From an uncultured Bifidobacteriaceae bacterium (GTDB lineage Bacteria; Acidobacteriota; Vicinamibacteria; Vicinamibacterales; JAENWD01), in the NCBI GenBank assembly GCA_964446605.1, contig CAYUPN010000013.1:16-64015 (forward strand): 64,000 bases of DNA, in the 5' to 3' direction. Below are positions 8,824-21,444 of this stretch, in pieces. The notes under the pieces are model-generated. The model made no database searches, had not been told where the DNA came from, and saw nothing but the letters and a program-made list of their open reading frames with translations. The translations under genes were made by a program, and so were the position numbers. Position 1 is the stretch's first letter. Each line of letters opens with the position of its first letter.

Positions 8824-9767
8824 GCAGGAACCGAACTCTCTACCAGCCAGCGGTACTCGGCCTCGAGACCGTCCGCGAGCGTCACCGCCGGCTCGAACCC
8901 CAGGTCCGCCTTCGCCAGCGCGGTATCCGCGTACGTGTCGCGCATGTCCCCCTTCTGGGCGGGCTCGCGACGCAGGTTCAGCGGCCGGCCCGCCAGGCGC
9001 TCGACGATCGCCAGCACGTCGTTGACCGACACGCGCGATCCGCCGCCGATGTTGTAGGCGCGCCCCGGCACGCCGCGCTCGGCCGCCGCGACCGTTGCGG
9101 CCACCGCATCGGCGACGAACGTGAAGTCGCGGGTCTGCGTGCCGTCGCCGTACACCGTCAGCGGCTCGCCGGCGATGGCGGCCGTGAGAAAGCGCCGGAA
9201 CGCCATGTCGGGGCGCTGTCGCGGCCCGTAGACCGTGAAGTAGCGCAGCGAAGTCGCCTGCACGCCGTGGTTCACCGCGTAGAGATGACAGAGCTGCTCG
9301 GCGGCGAGCTTCGTCACGCCGTAGGGCGAGACCGGACGCGGCAGCTGATCCTCCCGCATCGGGATGGGCACCTCGTCGCCGTACACCGAGGAACTGGACG
9401 CGTAGACCAGCTTCCGGATCGGACGCCCGACGCAGGCTTCGAGCAGCCGTTGCGTCGCGTCGATGTTGTGCGCCGTGTAGATCGCGAACTCCCGGCCCCA
9501 GCTCCGGCGGACCCCGGCCTGCGCCGCCAGGTGGAACACGTGCGTGACGCCATCGAGCAGCGCCGGGAGATCGGCGTCCTGCAGGCGCGCCTCGACGAAC
9601 CGCAAGCCCGGATGGCCCCGGTTCACCCCCAGGTTCGCCTCCTTCATCGGACGGGGGTAGTAGTCCGTGAAGCAGTCGATCCCCGTGACCTCGGCGCCGG
9701 CGCCCAGCAGCCTGGCCGTCAGATGTGAACCGATGAACCCCGCCGCGCCGGTGACAAGTGCCTTCAT
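8820..9767 (-). CDS. NAD-dependent sugar epimerase/dehydratase (SDR, extended family)
   Basis: Rossmann motif VTGAAGFIGSHL directly after ATG 9767; catalytic YGVTK. The start overlaps the upstream stop as ATGA. The raw ORF extends to 9803. Confidence 0.85.
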   Translation of the reverse strand: MKALVTGAAGFIGSHLTARLLGAGAEVTGIDCFTDYYPRPMKEANLGVNRGHPGLRFVEARLQDADLPALLDGVTHVFHLAAQAGVRRSWGREFAIYTAHNIDATQRLLEACVGRPIRKLVYASSSSVYGDEVPIPMREDQLPRPVSPYGVTKLAAEQLCHLYAVNHGVQATSLRYFTVYGPRQRPDMAFRRFLTAAIAGEPLTVYGDGTQTRDFTFVADAVAATVAAAERGVPGRAYNIGGGSRVSVNDVLAIVERLAGRPLNLRREPAQKGDMRDTYADTALAKADLGFEPAVTLADGLEAEYRWLVESSVPA

Positions 9768-10159
9768 GCGAACAGCTCGCGAATCCGCGCCGGCAGCCGG
9801 CACGGACGTCCCGCAGGCGTCACGGCCGCGTGCATGGTCCGTCCCCGCGCGGTGAGACAGCCATCCGACCGCCGGACGGCCTCGTAGTCGAACTCCAGCC
9901 GGACCGGGGACACCAGCCGCCCCGTCGTCCGGATCTCGATCTCGTCATCGTAACGTGCCGGACGCTCGTACGAACAGTGGGCCTCGATGACGGGCAGCTG
10001 GACCCCCTCGGCTTCCATCTCCCGGTACGTCCAGCCGAGCTGCCGCAGCAGATCCGTGCGTCCGATCTCGAACCACACCAGGTAGTTGGAGTGATAAACG
10101 ACGCCCATCTGGTCCGTTTCCGCGTACCGGACGCGGATCAGGCTGCATCCGGCCGGCAT
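9764..10159 (-). CDS. acyl-CoA thioesterase, YbgC/4HBT hot-dog family
   Basis: 131 aa. RVRYAETDQMGVVYHSNYLVWFE is the typical 4HBT active-site region. Confidence 0.8.
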   Translation of the reverse strand: MPAGCSLIRVRYAETDQMGVVYHSNYLVWFEIGRTDLLRQLGWTYREMEAEGVQLPVIEAHCSYERPARYDDEIEIRTTGRLVSPVRLEFDYEAVRRSDGCLTARGRTMHAAVTPAGRPCRLPARIRELFA

Positions 10160-10842
10160 CAGGAACGGTGCGGTGTGGGCAGCGCGTCGGCGGCCAGGGT
10201 CTTGAGCGCCCGGGTGGCTGCTTCCGCATCCGGCGTCCCGAACACGGCGTTCCCCGCGACCAGGATAGTGGCCCCGGCGCTGACGGCCAGCCGGACGGTG
10301 TGCGGCGCGATGCCCCCGTCGACCTCGATGTCGGCGCGGCTCCCGGCCCGCGCGAGCAGGTCGCGCGCCCTCGCGATCTTAGACTCGACACCGGGAATAA
10401 AGGCCTGTCCGCCGAACCCGGGATCGACGGACATGACCAGCAGCTGGTCGAGACTGCCGACGATTTCTTCGATGGCCGACAGCGGGGTGGCGGGATTGAT
10501 CGCGACGCCGGCCCGGCATCCGAGCTCGCGGATGCGCGTCAGCGTCCGGTGCAGATGGGGCAGGACCTCCGCATGGACCGAGATCGTCGTCGCCCCTGCC
10601 TCCGCGAACGCGTCGAGATACCGATCCGGCTCGGCAATCATCAGGTGCACGTCGAGGGGCAGACGCGTGACGCGGCGCACGGCCGCGACGAGGGGCGGCC
10701 CGAACGTGATGTTCGGGACGAAGTGGCCGTCCATGACGTCCAGATGGATCTGATCGGCCCCTCCACGTTCGGTGGCGGCGATCGCTTCGCCGAGGCGCGT
10801 GAAGTCGGCGGAGAGAATCGAGGCGGACAGCTGGACGCTCAC
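10159..10842 (-). CDS. rpe: ribulose-phosphate 3-epimerase
   Basis: C-terminal 227 aa of the 810-aa raw ORF. Motifs LSASILSADF, HLDVMDGHFVPN, MSVDPGFGGQ and EVDGGI. GTG at 10842 overlaps the upstream stop as GTGA. Confidence 0.9.
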   Translation of the reverse strand: MSVQLSASILSADFTRLGEAIAATERGGADQIHLDVMDGHFVPNITFGPPLVAAVRRVTRLPLDVHLMIAEPDRYLDAFAEAGATTISVHAEVLPHLHRTLTRIRELGCRAGVAINPATPLSAIEEIVGSLDQLLVMSVDPGFGGQAFIPGVESKIARARDLLARAGSRADIEVDGGIAPHTVRLAVSAGATILVAGNAVFGTPDAEAATRALKTLAADALPTPHRS

Positions 10843-11561
10843 CGGCTCACCTCGAGCGCAATCGCTTCGCCGGGCGCAATCTGGAAGCCGCCCTGCGGCG
10901 TCTGGCGCAGCACGACGCCGGCCGGCACGCCCGGATACGGCTGGGTGCCGGTCACCGCGACGCGGAAGCCGCGGCGCCGGAGGAACTCGGCGGCGCGGTC
11001 GCCGTCGGCGCCGATGAGGTCCGGCATCACGTAGGTGGCCGCGCGCTCGCCGCGGTTCACCAGCAGCGCCACGCGATCCCCCCGGGTGTTCGGCGCCGGA
11101 TCCTGCGCCACCACCGCTTCGGTCGCATAGTCGTGCGACCGGATCTCCGCCACGGCGGCCACGGCGAGTCCTTCCTGCTGCAGCTGCATCTGCGCGGTCC
11201 GCTCCGTCTGGCCCACGAGCGAGGGCACGACAATCGTCGGCTCCCCGCGGCTGACCCACACGCGCACCGAGCGCGCCCGGCGGACGCGCGCGCCCGGCTG
11301 CGGATCCTGCTGGAGAATGCGCCCGGCCGGGACGGCGGGATCGATCCGGCGGTTCTCGTCCACGCGCAGCGTCAGTCCCAGCTCCTCGAGCCGGACGGAC
11401 GCCTGGTTCACCGTGCTCTTCGTCAGGTCGGGAACCGTCACCTCGCGCGCCCGGACCGCCAGCCGCACCGCAATGAACGCCGACAGCACGAACGTCGCGC
11501 CGAGGGCGACGACGAGGGCGAGCACCTTGCCTGCGCTCCAGACGCGCGAGCGAAGCACCAT
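10839..11561 (-). CDS. membrane-anchored PASTA-domain protein (3 PASTA repeats, no kinase or transpeptidase domain)
   Basis: 240 aa with one N-terminal TM helix. Three repeats of about 65 aa follow, opening VPDLTKSTVNQA..., VPSLVGQTERTA... and MPDLIGADGDRA... Confidence 0.75.
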   Translation of the reverse strand: MVLRSRVWSAGKVLALVVALGATFVLSAFIAVRLAVRAREVTVPDLTKSTVNQASVRLEELGLTLRVDENRRIDPAVPAGRILQQDPQPGARVRRARSVRVWVSRGEPTIVVPSLVGQTERTAQMQLQQEGLAVAAVAEIRSHDYATEAVVAQDPAPNTRGDRVALLVNRGERAATYVMPDLIGADGDRAAEFLRRRGFRVAVTGTQPYPGVPAGVVLRQTPQGGFQIAPGEAIALEVSR

Positions 11562-11576
11562 GAGGCTCGAAGTGTA

Positions 11577-12986
11577 CTACACAGGGGACGCCGGCCGCCG
11601 CGGACCGGTCCGCTCGAGCGCGGCGGCGAAGAACGGCTCGAGACCATGCCGATCCGGGCGCGTGCGCAGGATGCCGTGCTCGTCCAGCAGCGCCTCGGGC
11701 ACGCCGTCCTCCACGAGACGCGCGCGCGGGACCCGGACGAAGGCCGGCCGGGATTCCAGGAACCCGTCGACGATCGCGTCGTTCTCGTCCGGCTCGCTCG
11801 AACAGGTGGCGTAGACGAGTCGCCCTCCGGGCGCGACCGCCTGCGCGGCCTCCGCGATCATCGCGCGCTGCCGCACCGCGGCCCGGTGGACGTCCTCCTC
11901 GCGGCGCTTCCATCGGATGTCGACGTCCCGCCGCAGCGTACCGAGCCCGGTGCAGGGTGCGTCCACGAGCACGCGATCGAAGACGTCGCCGAACGGCACA
12001 CCGCGGGCGAGGTCGTGCTGGACGAGCCGTGCGTCCGATCCATGCCGCGCCAGCAGGCTCCGCAGCACACGCAGCCGTCGCTCCCGGAAATCGGCGGCGA
12101 CCAGCAGCCCCTGCGCCCGGCCGCCATTCGCCCCGGCCCGCAGCGCGTCGTCCAGGACGAGCGTCTTTCCGCCCGGCGCCGCGCACGCGTCCAGGACGCG
12201 CATGCCGGGGCGCACGCCGGCAGCCAGCGGCACGATCTGCGAGGCCTCGTCCTGCACGAGGAAGAGACCCGAGTCGGCCAGCGGCGTCCGCAGCGGGTTG
12301 CCGGCGTGCACGATGAGGCCGTCGGGCGCCCACGTCGCGGGCTCCGTTTCCACGCCGGCCTCGTGCAGCCGCGCCGCCAGTTCCTCGCGCGTCGTCTGCG
12401 ACCGGTTGACGCGCAGGGTCATCGGCGGCTCGGTGTTGTTGAAGGCGACCCATGCGCGGGTGGCCTCCAGCCCGAGCCGATCGATCCATCGCTCGATCAG
12501 CCACCGCGGGTGGGATCCGCTCAGACTCAGCGCGTCGATTGCCGCACGCCGATCCTCCTCGCCGGCGATGCGCGCCGGCGGTTCCGGCCACGCGATCCGG
12601 TGACGGTTCCGGGAGACCGCGCGGAGCACCGCGTTGACGAACCCGGCGGCGCTCCGTTTCCGCTGCGCGCGCGTCAGGCTCACCGCATCGTCGACGACAG
12701 CGGAGGCGGGGACGCGATCGAGGAAGAGCAGCTGGAAGATGCTGAGCCGGAGGATCTGCAGGACCTCGGGGTCGAGCGTGTCGGGAGGGCGCGACGCGTG
12801 CTGCAGGACGAGCGCGTCGAGCCTGGCGCGCCAGCGCAGCGTCCCGGTGACGATCGTGGCGGCCAGCGCGCGATCGCGCTCGTCGGTCAGGTCTTCACGC
12901 GTGCGCGCCAGGGCTGCCGGCAGATCGGCGCCCCGCTCGATTGCCGCCAGGGCGGCCAGCGCGACCCGCCGCGCCGGCGCGATCAT
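11577..12986 (-). CDS. rsmB: 16S rRNA (cytosine967-C5)-methyltransferase
   Basis: NusB-like N-terminal domain. SAM motif VLDACAAPGGKT, and catalytic Cys motifs DAPCTGLGTLRR and YATCS. ATG 12986 overlaps the fmt stop as ATGA. Confidence 0.88.
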   Translation of the reverse strand: MIAPARRVALAALAAIERGADLPAALARTREDLTDERDRALAATIVTGTLRWRARLDALVLQHASRPPDTLDPEVLQILRLSIFQLLFLDRVPASAVVDDAVSLTRAQRKRSAAGFVNAVLRAVSRNRHRIAWPEPPARIAGEEDRRAAIDALSLSGSHPRWLIERWIDRLGLEATRAWVAFNNTEPPMTLRVNRSQTTREELAARLHEAGVETEPATWAPDGLIVHAGNPLRTPLADSGLFLVQDEASQIVPLAAGVRPGMRVLDACAAPGGKTLVLDDALRAGANGGRAQGLLVAADFRERRLRVLRSLLARHGSDARLVQHDLARGVPFGDVFDRVLVDAPCTGLGTLRRDVDIRWKRREEDVHRAAVRQRAMIAEAAQAVAPGGRLVYATCSSEPDENDAIVDGFLESRPAFVRVPRARLVEDGVPEALLDEHGILRTRPDRHGLEPFFAAALERTGPRRPASPV

Positions 12987-13936
12987 CCCAGCCGCGCGCC
13001 GGGCTCGATGCGGTGGCCCGCAAGGAAGTCGCGGACGGGCATCGCGCGGCGGCCTTCCGGTTTGACGTCGACCAGCCGGATCGTGCCATGCCCGGCCGCG
13101 ATGACGAGCTGGTCGCCTGACGCTTCGAGCACGGTTCCGGGTACCGCTCCCGGCGGCGCCGCCTCGGTGCCCTGCTCGGCCCGGACGACGAGCAGCCGCT
13201 CGCCGTCGAGCGATGTCGAGGCGAGCGGCCACGGGTTCAGCGCGCGCACCTGGTTGTAGAGCTCGCTGGCCGGGCGCCACCAGAAGATGGGGGAGTCGTC
13301 CTTGGTGATCCGGTCGGCGTACGTGATGCCGCCCGGCGGCTGCGGCTCCTCGTGGATCGGCCCTTCCGCCAGCCGGTCGACGACCCGCACGAGCAGCTCG
13401 GCGCCCAGTCGCGCGAGCACCGCCTCGAGCTCGCCGGTGGTCGCGTCCGGCGCAATCGGTGTCTTCGCCTGCGCGAGCATCGGCCCGGCATCCAGCTCGC
13501 GAACGACCCGCATGATCGTCACGCCGGTTTCCGTGTCCCCGGCGAGCAGGGCGCGATGGATGGGCGCCGCGCCGCGCCACCGGGGAAGCAGCGAGGCGTG
13601 CACGTTGACCATCCCGAGACGGGGCGTGGCCAGCACGGCCTCCGGGAGAATCCGGCCATACGCCGCGACGACGCCGAGGTCGGCGTCGAAGGCGCGCAGC
13701 GCGCCGAGGAACGCTTCGTCGCGGAGGCGCTCCGGCTGCAGGACCGGAATCGCGTGCGAGAGCGCGAGCGTCTTCACCGGGCCGAAGGTGACGCGCTGCC
13801 CGCGGCCGCGCGGCCGGTCCGGCTGCGTGACGACGCCGACCACCGGATGGCGGGACTCGATGAGGGCCTCGAGCGTCGGCACCGCGAAGGCCGGCGTGCC
13901 GAAGAACACGATGCGCAGCGGAGCGTGTCTCGCCAT
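12983..13936 (-). CDS. fmt: methionyl-tRNA formyltransferase
   Basis: IVFFGTPAFAVP and NVHASLLPRWRGAAPI motifs. The start overlaps the def stop as TGATG. Confidence 0.9.
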   Translation of the reverse strand: MARHAPLRIVFFGTPAFAVPTLEALIESRHPVVGVVTQPDRPRGRGQRVTFGPVKTLALSHAIPVLQPERLRDEAFLGALRAFDADLGVVAAYGRILPEAVLATPRLGMVNVHASLLPRWRGAAPIHRALLAGDTETGVTIMRVVRELDAGPMLAQAKTPIAPDATTGELEAVLARLGAELLVRVVDRLAEGPIHEEPQPPGGITYADRITKDDSPIFWWRPASELYNQVRALNPWPLASTSLDGERLLVVRAEQGTEAAPPGAVPGTVLEASGDQLVIAAGHGTIRLVDVKPEGRRAMPVRDFLAGHRIEPGARLG

Positions 13937-14439
13937 CAGGCCGTCGGCCCCTGCGCGGCGAGGCGCCGGAGGATGTCGCGCCGGAGCAGCGGCCGGATCC
14001 GGTCGACGAACAGCAGTCCTTCGAGGTGATCCATCTCGTGCTGCAGCGCGCGTGCGAGCAGGCCGCGTCCTTCGATCACGCGCGCGCGTCCATGTCGATC
14101 GAGCGCTTCCACGGCCGCGCGCGCCGGCCGGACGACCGCGGCGGTGAACCCCGGAAGGCTGAGGCAGCCCTCCTCCTCGAACTGGATGCCCTCGCGCGCG
14201 ACGAACGACGGATTGATGCACACGTGCACGGCCTCCGGATCCTGCCCCACACTCAGGTCGACGACGAACAGGCGGAGCGGGATGCCGACCTGCGGGGCGG
14301 CCAGCCCCACGCCCGGCGCCGCGTGCATCGTCTCGATCATCGCGTCGATGAGCGCCTGAATCTCGGGAGTGATCGCGTCGATTGGCGACGCGGGGCGGCG
14401 AAGGACGGCATGGCCGTACGGAATGAGCGGCCGGGTCAT
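13936..14439 (-). CDS. def: peptide deformylase
   Basis: 167 aa. All three signature motifs are present: GVGLAAPQVG, EGCLSLPG and QHEMDHL. Confidence 0.93.
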   Translation of the reverse strand: MTRPLIPYGHAVLRRPASPIDAITPEIQALIDAMIETMHAAPGVGLAAPQVGIPLRLFVVDLSVGQDPEAVHVCINPSFVAREGIQFEEEGCLSLPGFTAAVVRPARAAVEALDRHGRARVIEGRGLLARALQHEMDHLEGLLFVDRIRPLLRRDILRRLAAQGPTA

Positions 14440-14462
14440 GCGGTCGGGCGGCGCCGCACGGC

Positions 14463-15695
14463 TCAGGCGCGGGTCGTCGTGCCGCGGACGGCGTCGAAGC
14501 GCGCACGCACGGCGGCGTCCGCGCCGTCCACCGCCCGCGCGATCTCGTCAGTCGAGTCGCCGCCGAACTTCTCGACGAGCGCGTTTGCCAGGACGAGGGC
14601 AGCCATCGCCTCGCCGACCACGGCCGCGGCCGTCACGGCGCAGACGTCGCTGCGTTCGATGGCCGCGGGGGACGGCTCCAGCGTGGTGAGGTCGACGGAG
14701 CGCAGCGGCCTCATGAGCGTCGCGATCGGCTTCATGTAGCCGGTGACGCGGATCTGCTCGCCGTTGGTGACCCCGCCTTCGAGACCGCCGGCATTGTTGG
14801 TCAGGCGATCGACGGCGACCGCCGGATGGCCGGTACCGCTTCCGGTCCGCGGGACGATCTCGTCGTGAATCCGCGAGCCGGGCAGCCGCGCGACGTCGGG
14901 CCCGCGTCCGATGCCCACCGCCTTGATCGCGGGAATCGACATCAGCGCCTGCGCCAGACGGCCGTCGAGCTTGCGATCCCATTGCACGTAGCTGCCCAGG
15001 CCGACCGGCACACCGCAGACGATGACCTCGAAGGCGCCGCCGAGCGTGTCGCCAGCCTCGCGCGCCTGATCGATCGCGGCCACCATCTGACGCTCGATCT
15101 CCGGGTCCGCGCAGTGCAGTGGCGAGTCGTCCGGGATCGCCCGCACCTGCTCGACGCCGATCGCGAGCGGATCGTCGACCGAGACGCCGCCGATCGTGGT
15201 CACGTGGCTGAGAATCTCGATGCCGAACCGCGCCAGCAGCTGCCGCGCAAGCGCGCCGAGCGCGACGCGCGCGGCCGTCTCGCGCGCGCTGGCACGCTCG
15301 AGGACGTCGCGGATGTCGTCGTGGCCGTACTTGATCGCGCCGGCGAGATCGGCATGACCGGGGCGGGGCCGCGTGACCGGCGCTCGGTTGGCGCCCGTCG
15401 CGTCCGCCGGCATCTCCGGCTCGACGTGCATCGTCTTCTGCCAGTTCTGCCAGTCCTTGTTCGGGATGAGCAGCGCGATGGGTGCGCCGGTCGTCACGCC
15501 GCGGCGCACGCCGGAGAGAATCTGCGCGCGGTCCGACTCGATGGCCATCCGTCGTCCGCGGCCGTAGCCGCCCTGGCGGCGCCGCAGCTGGGTGGTGATG
15601 GCGTCGACATCGACGCGCAGTCCCGCCGGCATGCCCTCGAGCAGCGCGACGAGGCCCTGCCCGTGCGACTCGCCGGCAGTGAGAAAGCGCAGCAT
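14463..15695 (-). CDS. aroC: chorismate synthase
   Basis: 410 aa. N-terminus [16 protein letters not shown] and GRSSARETA-like region ([12 protein letters not shown]). Confidence 0.93.
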   Translation of the reverse strand: MLRFLTAGESHGQGLVALLEGMPAGLRVDVDAITTQLRRRQGGYGRGRRMAIESDRAQILSGVRRGVTTGAPIALLIPNKDWQNWQKTMHVEPEMPADATGANRAPVTRPRPGHADLAGAIKYGHDDIRDVLERASARETAARVALGALARQLLARFGIEILSHVTTIGGVSVDDPLAIGVEQVRAIPDDSPLHCADPEIERQMVAAIDQAREAGDTLGGAFEVIVCGVPVGLGSYVQWDRKLDGRLAQALMSIPAIKAVGIGRGPDVARLPGSRIHDEIVPRTGSGTGHPAVAVDRLTNNAGGLEGGVTNGEQIRVTGYMKPIATLMRPLRSVDLTTLEPSPAAIERSDVCAVTAAAVVGEAMAALVLANALVEKFGGDSTDEIARAVDGADAAVRARFDAVRGTTTRA

Positions 15696-15704
15696 ATCAG
15701 CCGC

Positions 15705-15714
15705 ATTCTATAAC
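15705..15714. promoter_or_regulatory. AT-rich patch with back-to-back -10-like hexamers (TAGAAT for aroC, TATAAC for the plus-strand gene)
   Basis: Minus strand TAGAAT (15710..15705), then 9 nt, then aroC ATG 15695. Plus strand TATAAC (15709-15714). Confidence 0.35.
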
Positions 15715-15887
15715 GAACTTTCTGCGACGGCCGGGGCGTGCGGCCGGGTGCGCACCGCATGGTCGCGTTCGCGTCGACGCGGCCGCTGCCGCCGCAAGTC
15801 CCGCACGTCCGGCCGCTTGCGTTCACGCCCTGCGGCGCGCGCGCGCCGGCCGCGCGTGCTGTCCCGCTTCTTGCACGACCGCGCGGC

Positions 15888-19310
<3,423 letters not shown>

Positions 19311-19313
<3 letters not shown>

Positions 19314-19335
19314 TCGCGGGTCGAGCGCGCGATCA
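19311..19335. terminator. hairpin spanning both convergent stop codons
   Basis: TGATCGCG (19311-19318) pairs with CGCGATCA (19328-19335), 9-nt loop, no U-tract. Confidence 0.4.
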
Positions 19336-20619
19336 GCGGGCGCGCGCTTCGAGGCGGGCGATGCGTGCCGCGAGCGCGGCGTTGTCCGGCGCGGCGGCCG
19401 CGGCGTCGCGGAACCATCGCAGCGCGGCCGGGCGGTCGCCGATGCGCTCGGACAGATCGCCCAGGCGGCGCAGCACGGCCACGGGCGGACGCTCGCCGCC
19501 GAGCAGCGCGACGTGCTGCTGCAGCGCATCGCGCGCCTCGCGCCGCCGGCCCGTGGCGTCGAGCGCCTGCGAGAGCCAGAGCAGCGTGTCGGGGTCGACC
19601 GGCAGGGTGCCGGCGGCATCCCGCAGCGGAGGCACCGCCGCCGCCGGGTCGCCGGCGAGCAGCAGGGCCCGGCCGTAGAGTCCGAGCGCCGGCGCGCTCG
19701 TGCCGCGCAGCGCCGCGGGGCGCAGCGCTTCGAGCGCCTTGCCGAGCGCAATCCGATCGCCGGACGCGGCAGCCGCGTCGAGCCAGACGCGGCCGAGGGC
19801 GGTATAGACCTCGACGTTGTCGGGGAACCGCTCGGCCGCGCGGCCGAGTGCCATGACCGCGAGATCCGTACGGTGTACCGACGCGTAGGCGAGCCCGAGC
19901 GCGACCAGCCGTTCGGGACGATCGGGTTCGAGCGCGGCCAGCGCCTCGAGCTGCTCGGTGGCGGGTTGCGATCGTCCGGCGCCGAGGAGCACGGCCGCCA
20001 GCGCCTCGCGCGCCGGCGCCGTGCCCGGCGCGAGCGCGACGGCCCGCTGCAGCGCCTCTCGCGCGCCGGTCGCGTCGCCGAGCGAGTCGAGACAGAGGCC
20101 CCGCAGATAGAACGCCTCGCTCATCGCGGGGGAGAGGGTGACCGCGCGCTCGAGCGGCTCCAGCGCGCGGCGCGGTTCGCCCGACCGGTAGAGCGCCGCC
20201 GCCTGCTTGTAGAGCACGCGCGCCGAACGGTCGTCGAGCTCGAGATACGCAGCGTACTGTTCGGCCGCCCGATCGTGGCGATCCAGCGCGGTCAGCACGT
20301 CTCCCAGCTGTTCCAGCGGATGCGTCGCCGCCGGGTCGAGGCTGGCCGCCTCCCGCAGGTCGCGCAGCGCGGCGCGCAGGTCGCCGCTCCGCCGGTAGGT
20401 CTCGCCGCGGCGCAGATGGGCGAGCATCGAGTCGGGCTTCAGCGCGATCGCACCGCTGAACGCCTCGATGGCCATGCCGAGGTCGTCGCGGGCGATGGCG
20501 TCCTCGCCCGCCGCGACCAGCTGCTGGAACGCGCGCTCACGTGCGGCGTTCAGCCAGGCGGTGGCTCCCGTGGCCCCCAGCCCCAGCACGATCAGCATCG
20601 CCAGCCCCCAGCGCTTCAC
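19333..20619 (-). CDS. membrane-anchored TPR repeat protein
   Basis: One N-terminal TM helix (WGLAMLIVLGLGATGATAW) followed by about 10 TPR-like repeats. GTG 20619 is preceded by TACGAT (20632..20627) plus 7 nt. The raw ORF opens with TTG at 20658. Confidence 0.7.
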   Translation of the reverse strand: MKRWGLAMLIVLGLGATGATAWLNAARERAFQQLVAAGEDAIARDDLGMAIEAFSGAIALKPDSMLAHLRRGETYRRSGDLRAALRDLREAASLDPAATHPLEQLGDVLTALDRHDRAAEQYAAYLELDDRSARVLYKQAAALYRSGEPRRALEPLERAVTLSPAMSEAFYLRGLCLDSLGDATGAREALQRAVALAPGTAPAREALAAVLLGAGRSQPATEQLEALAALEPDRPERLVALGLAYASVHRTDLAVMALGRAAERFPDNVEVYTALGRVWLDAAAASGDRIALGKALEALRPAALRGTSAPALGLYGRALLLAGDPAAAVPPLRDAAGTLPVDPDTLLWLSQALDATGRRREARDALQQHVALLGGERPPVAVLRRLGDLSERIGDRPAALRWFRDAAAAAPDNAALAARIARLEARAR

Positions 20620-20795
20620 GCGGTAAATCGTAGCGCAGCGGCCGGGCCGTTCGTCCAACGTCCCGCACCGTCAGCAGATTCGGCCGACTGTCCGCCTGCC
20701 ACGCTGACGGCAGGGCCTCTCCAGCCCGGATGAGCCGGTTTCCGGCGAACCGGTGTCTAAGAGAGGAAAAGGGCGCCCCTTCGCCCGGAAAGGGC

Positions 20796-20804
20796 TGGTA
20801 TAGT
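20796..20804 (+). promoter_or_regulatory. candidate extended -10 (TGgTATAGT) upstream of the ECF sigma gene
   Basis: TGGTATAGT at 20796-20804. ATG 20809 follows after only 4 nt, so either the transcription start is unusually close or the true start codon is downstream (TTG 20818). Confidence 0.35.
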
Positions 20805-20808
20805 CGAC

Positions 20809-21444
20809 ATGGGAGCCTTGGCAGACGATCTCCTCGTCAAACCGGCCGTCTCGCAGACGTGGGACGATCTCGGCAGCCGAGAGGCTGATCTGATCCGCCG
20901 GTGTGCGGCCGGCGATGAGGAGGCGAGTGCGGAGCTCGTCGCGGAGCACCAGCGGATGGTGTTCCAGCTCGCCTGCAACCTGCTCGGCGACCGTGACGAG
21001 GCGCTCGACCTGTCGCAGGAGGTCTTCCTGCGCGTCTTCCGCACCCTCCACCAGTTCCGCGGGCAGTCCCAGCTCCGCACCTGGATCTACCGCATCGTCG
21101 TCAATCAGGCCCGGAACCGGCAGCGTTGGTGGAGGCGGCGGCATCGCAGCCACCAGGTGTCGCTCGATCAGCATCTCGAGACGCACGGCGACGAGCTGGT
21201 GGGACGCGATGGGGCGACGCCCGATCGGATTTTCGCCCGCAAGGAGGCGGCCGACCGGCTGGCCCGGGCGCTCGACCGGCTGCCCTTCGACCAGCGGACC
21301 GCGATCGTCCTGCGGGAGATCGACGGCCTGAGCTACGACGAAATCGCGTACTCGCTGGGCGTGACACTCGGCACGGTCAAGTCGCGGCTGACCCGCGCAC
21401 GGCAGGCGTTGCGCGAGGCGCTGCTGCAGGAGGTGCCGGCATGA
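20809..21444 (+). CDS. ECF-type RNA polymerase sigma factor
   Basis: 211 aa. Region 2 reads DLSQEVFLRVFR...TWIYRIVVNQARN. Region 4 reads RTAIVLREIDGLSYDEIAYSLGVTLGTVKSRLTRAR. Confidence 0.87.
   Translation: MGALADDLLVKPAVSQTWDDLGSREADLIRRCAAGDEEASAELVAEHQRMVFQLACNLLGDRDEALDLSQEVFLRVFRTLHQFRGQSQLRTWIYRIVVNQARNRQRWWRRRHRSHQVSLDQHLETHGDELVGRDGATPDRIFARKEAADRLARALDRLPFDQRTAIVLREIDGLSYDEIAYSLGVTLGTVKSRLTRARQALREALLQEVPA

Noticed and set aside
10843-12591. N-terminal 580 aa of the 810-aa raw ORF that ends as rpe
   Set aside because: Only the last 227 aa are Rpe-like, and they start at a GTG that overlaps the PASTA gene stop. The upstream part overlaps the PASTA and rsmB genes out of frame and is Arg/Gly/Ala low-complexity sequence.
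20735-20753. Palindrome CCGGTT-N7-AACCGG upstream of the first ECF sigma gene as a regulator site or ECF promoter
   Set aside because: It is short, occurs once, and does not match the GGAAC...CGTC-type ECF pattern at usable spacing. I cannot distinguish it from chance in GC-rich DNA.
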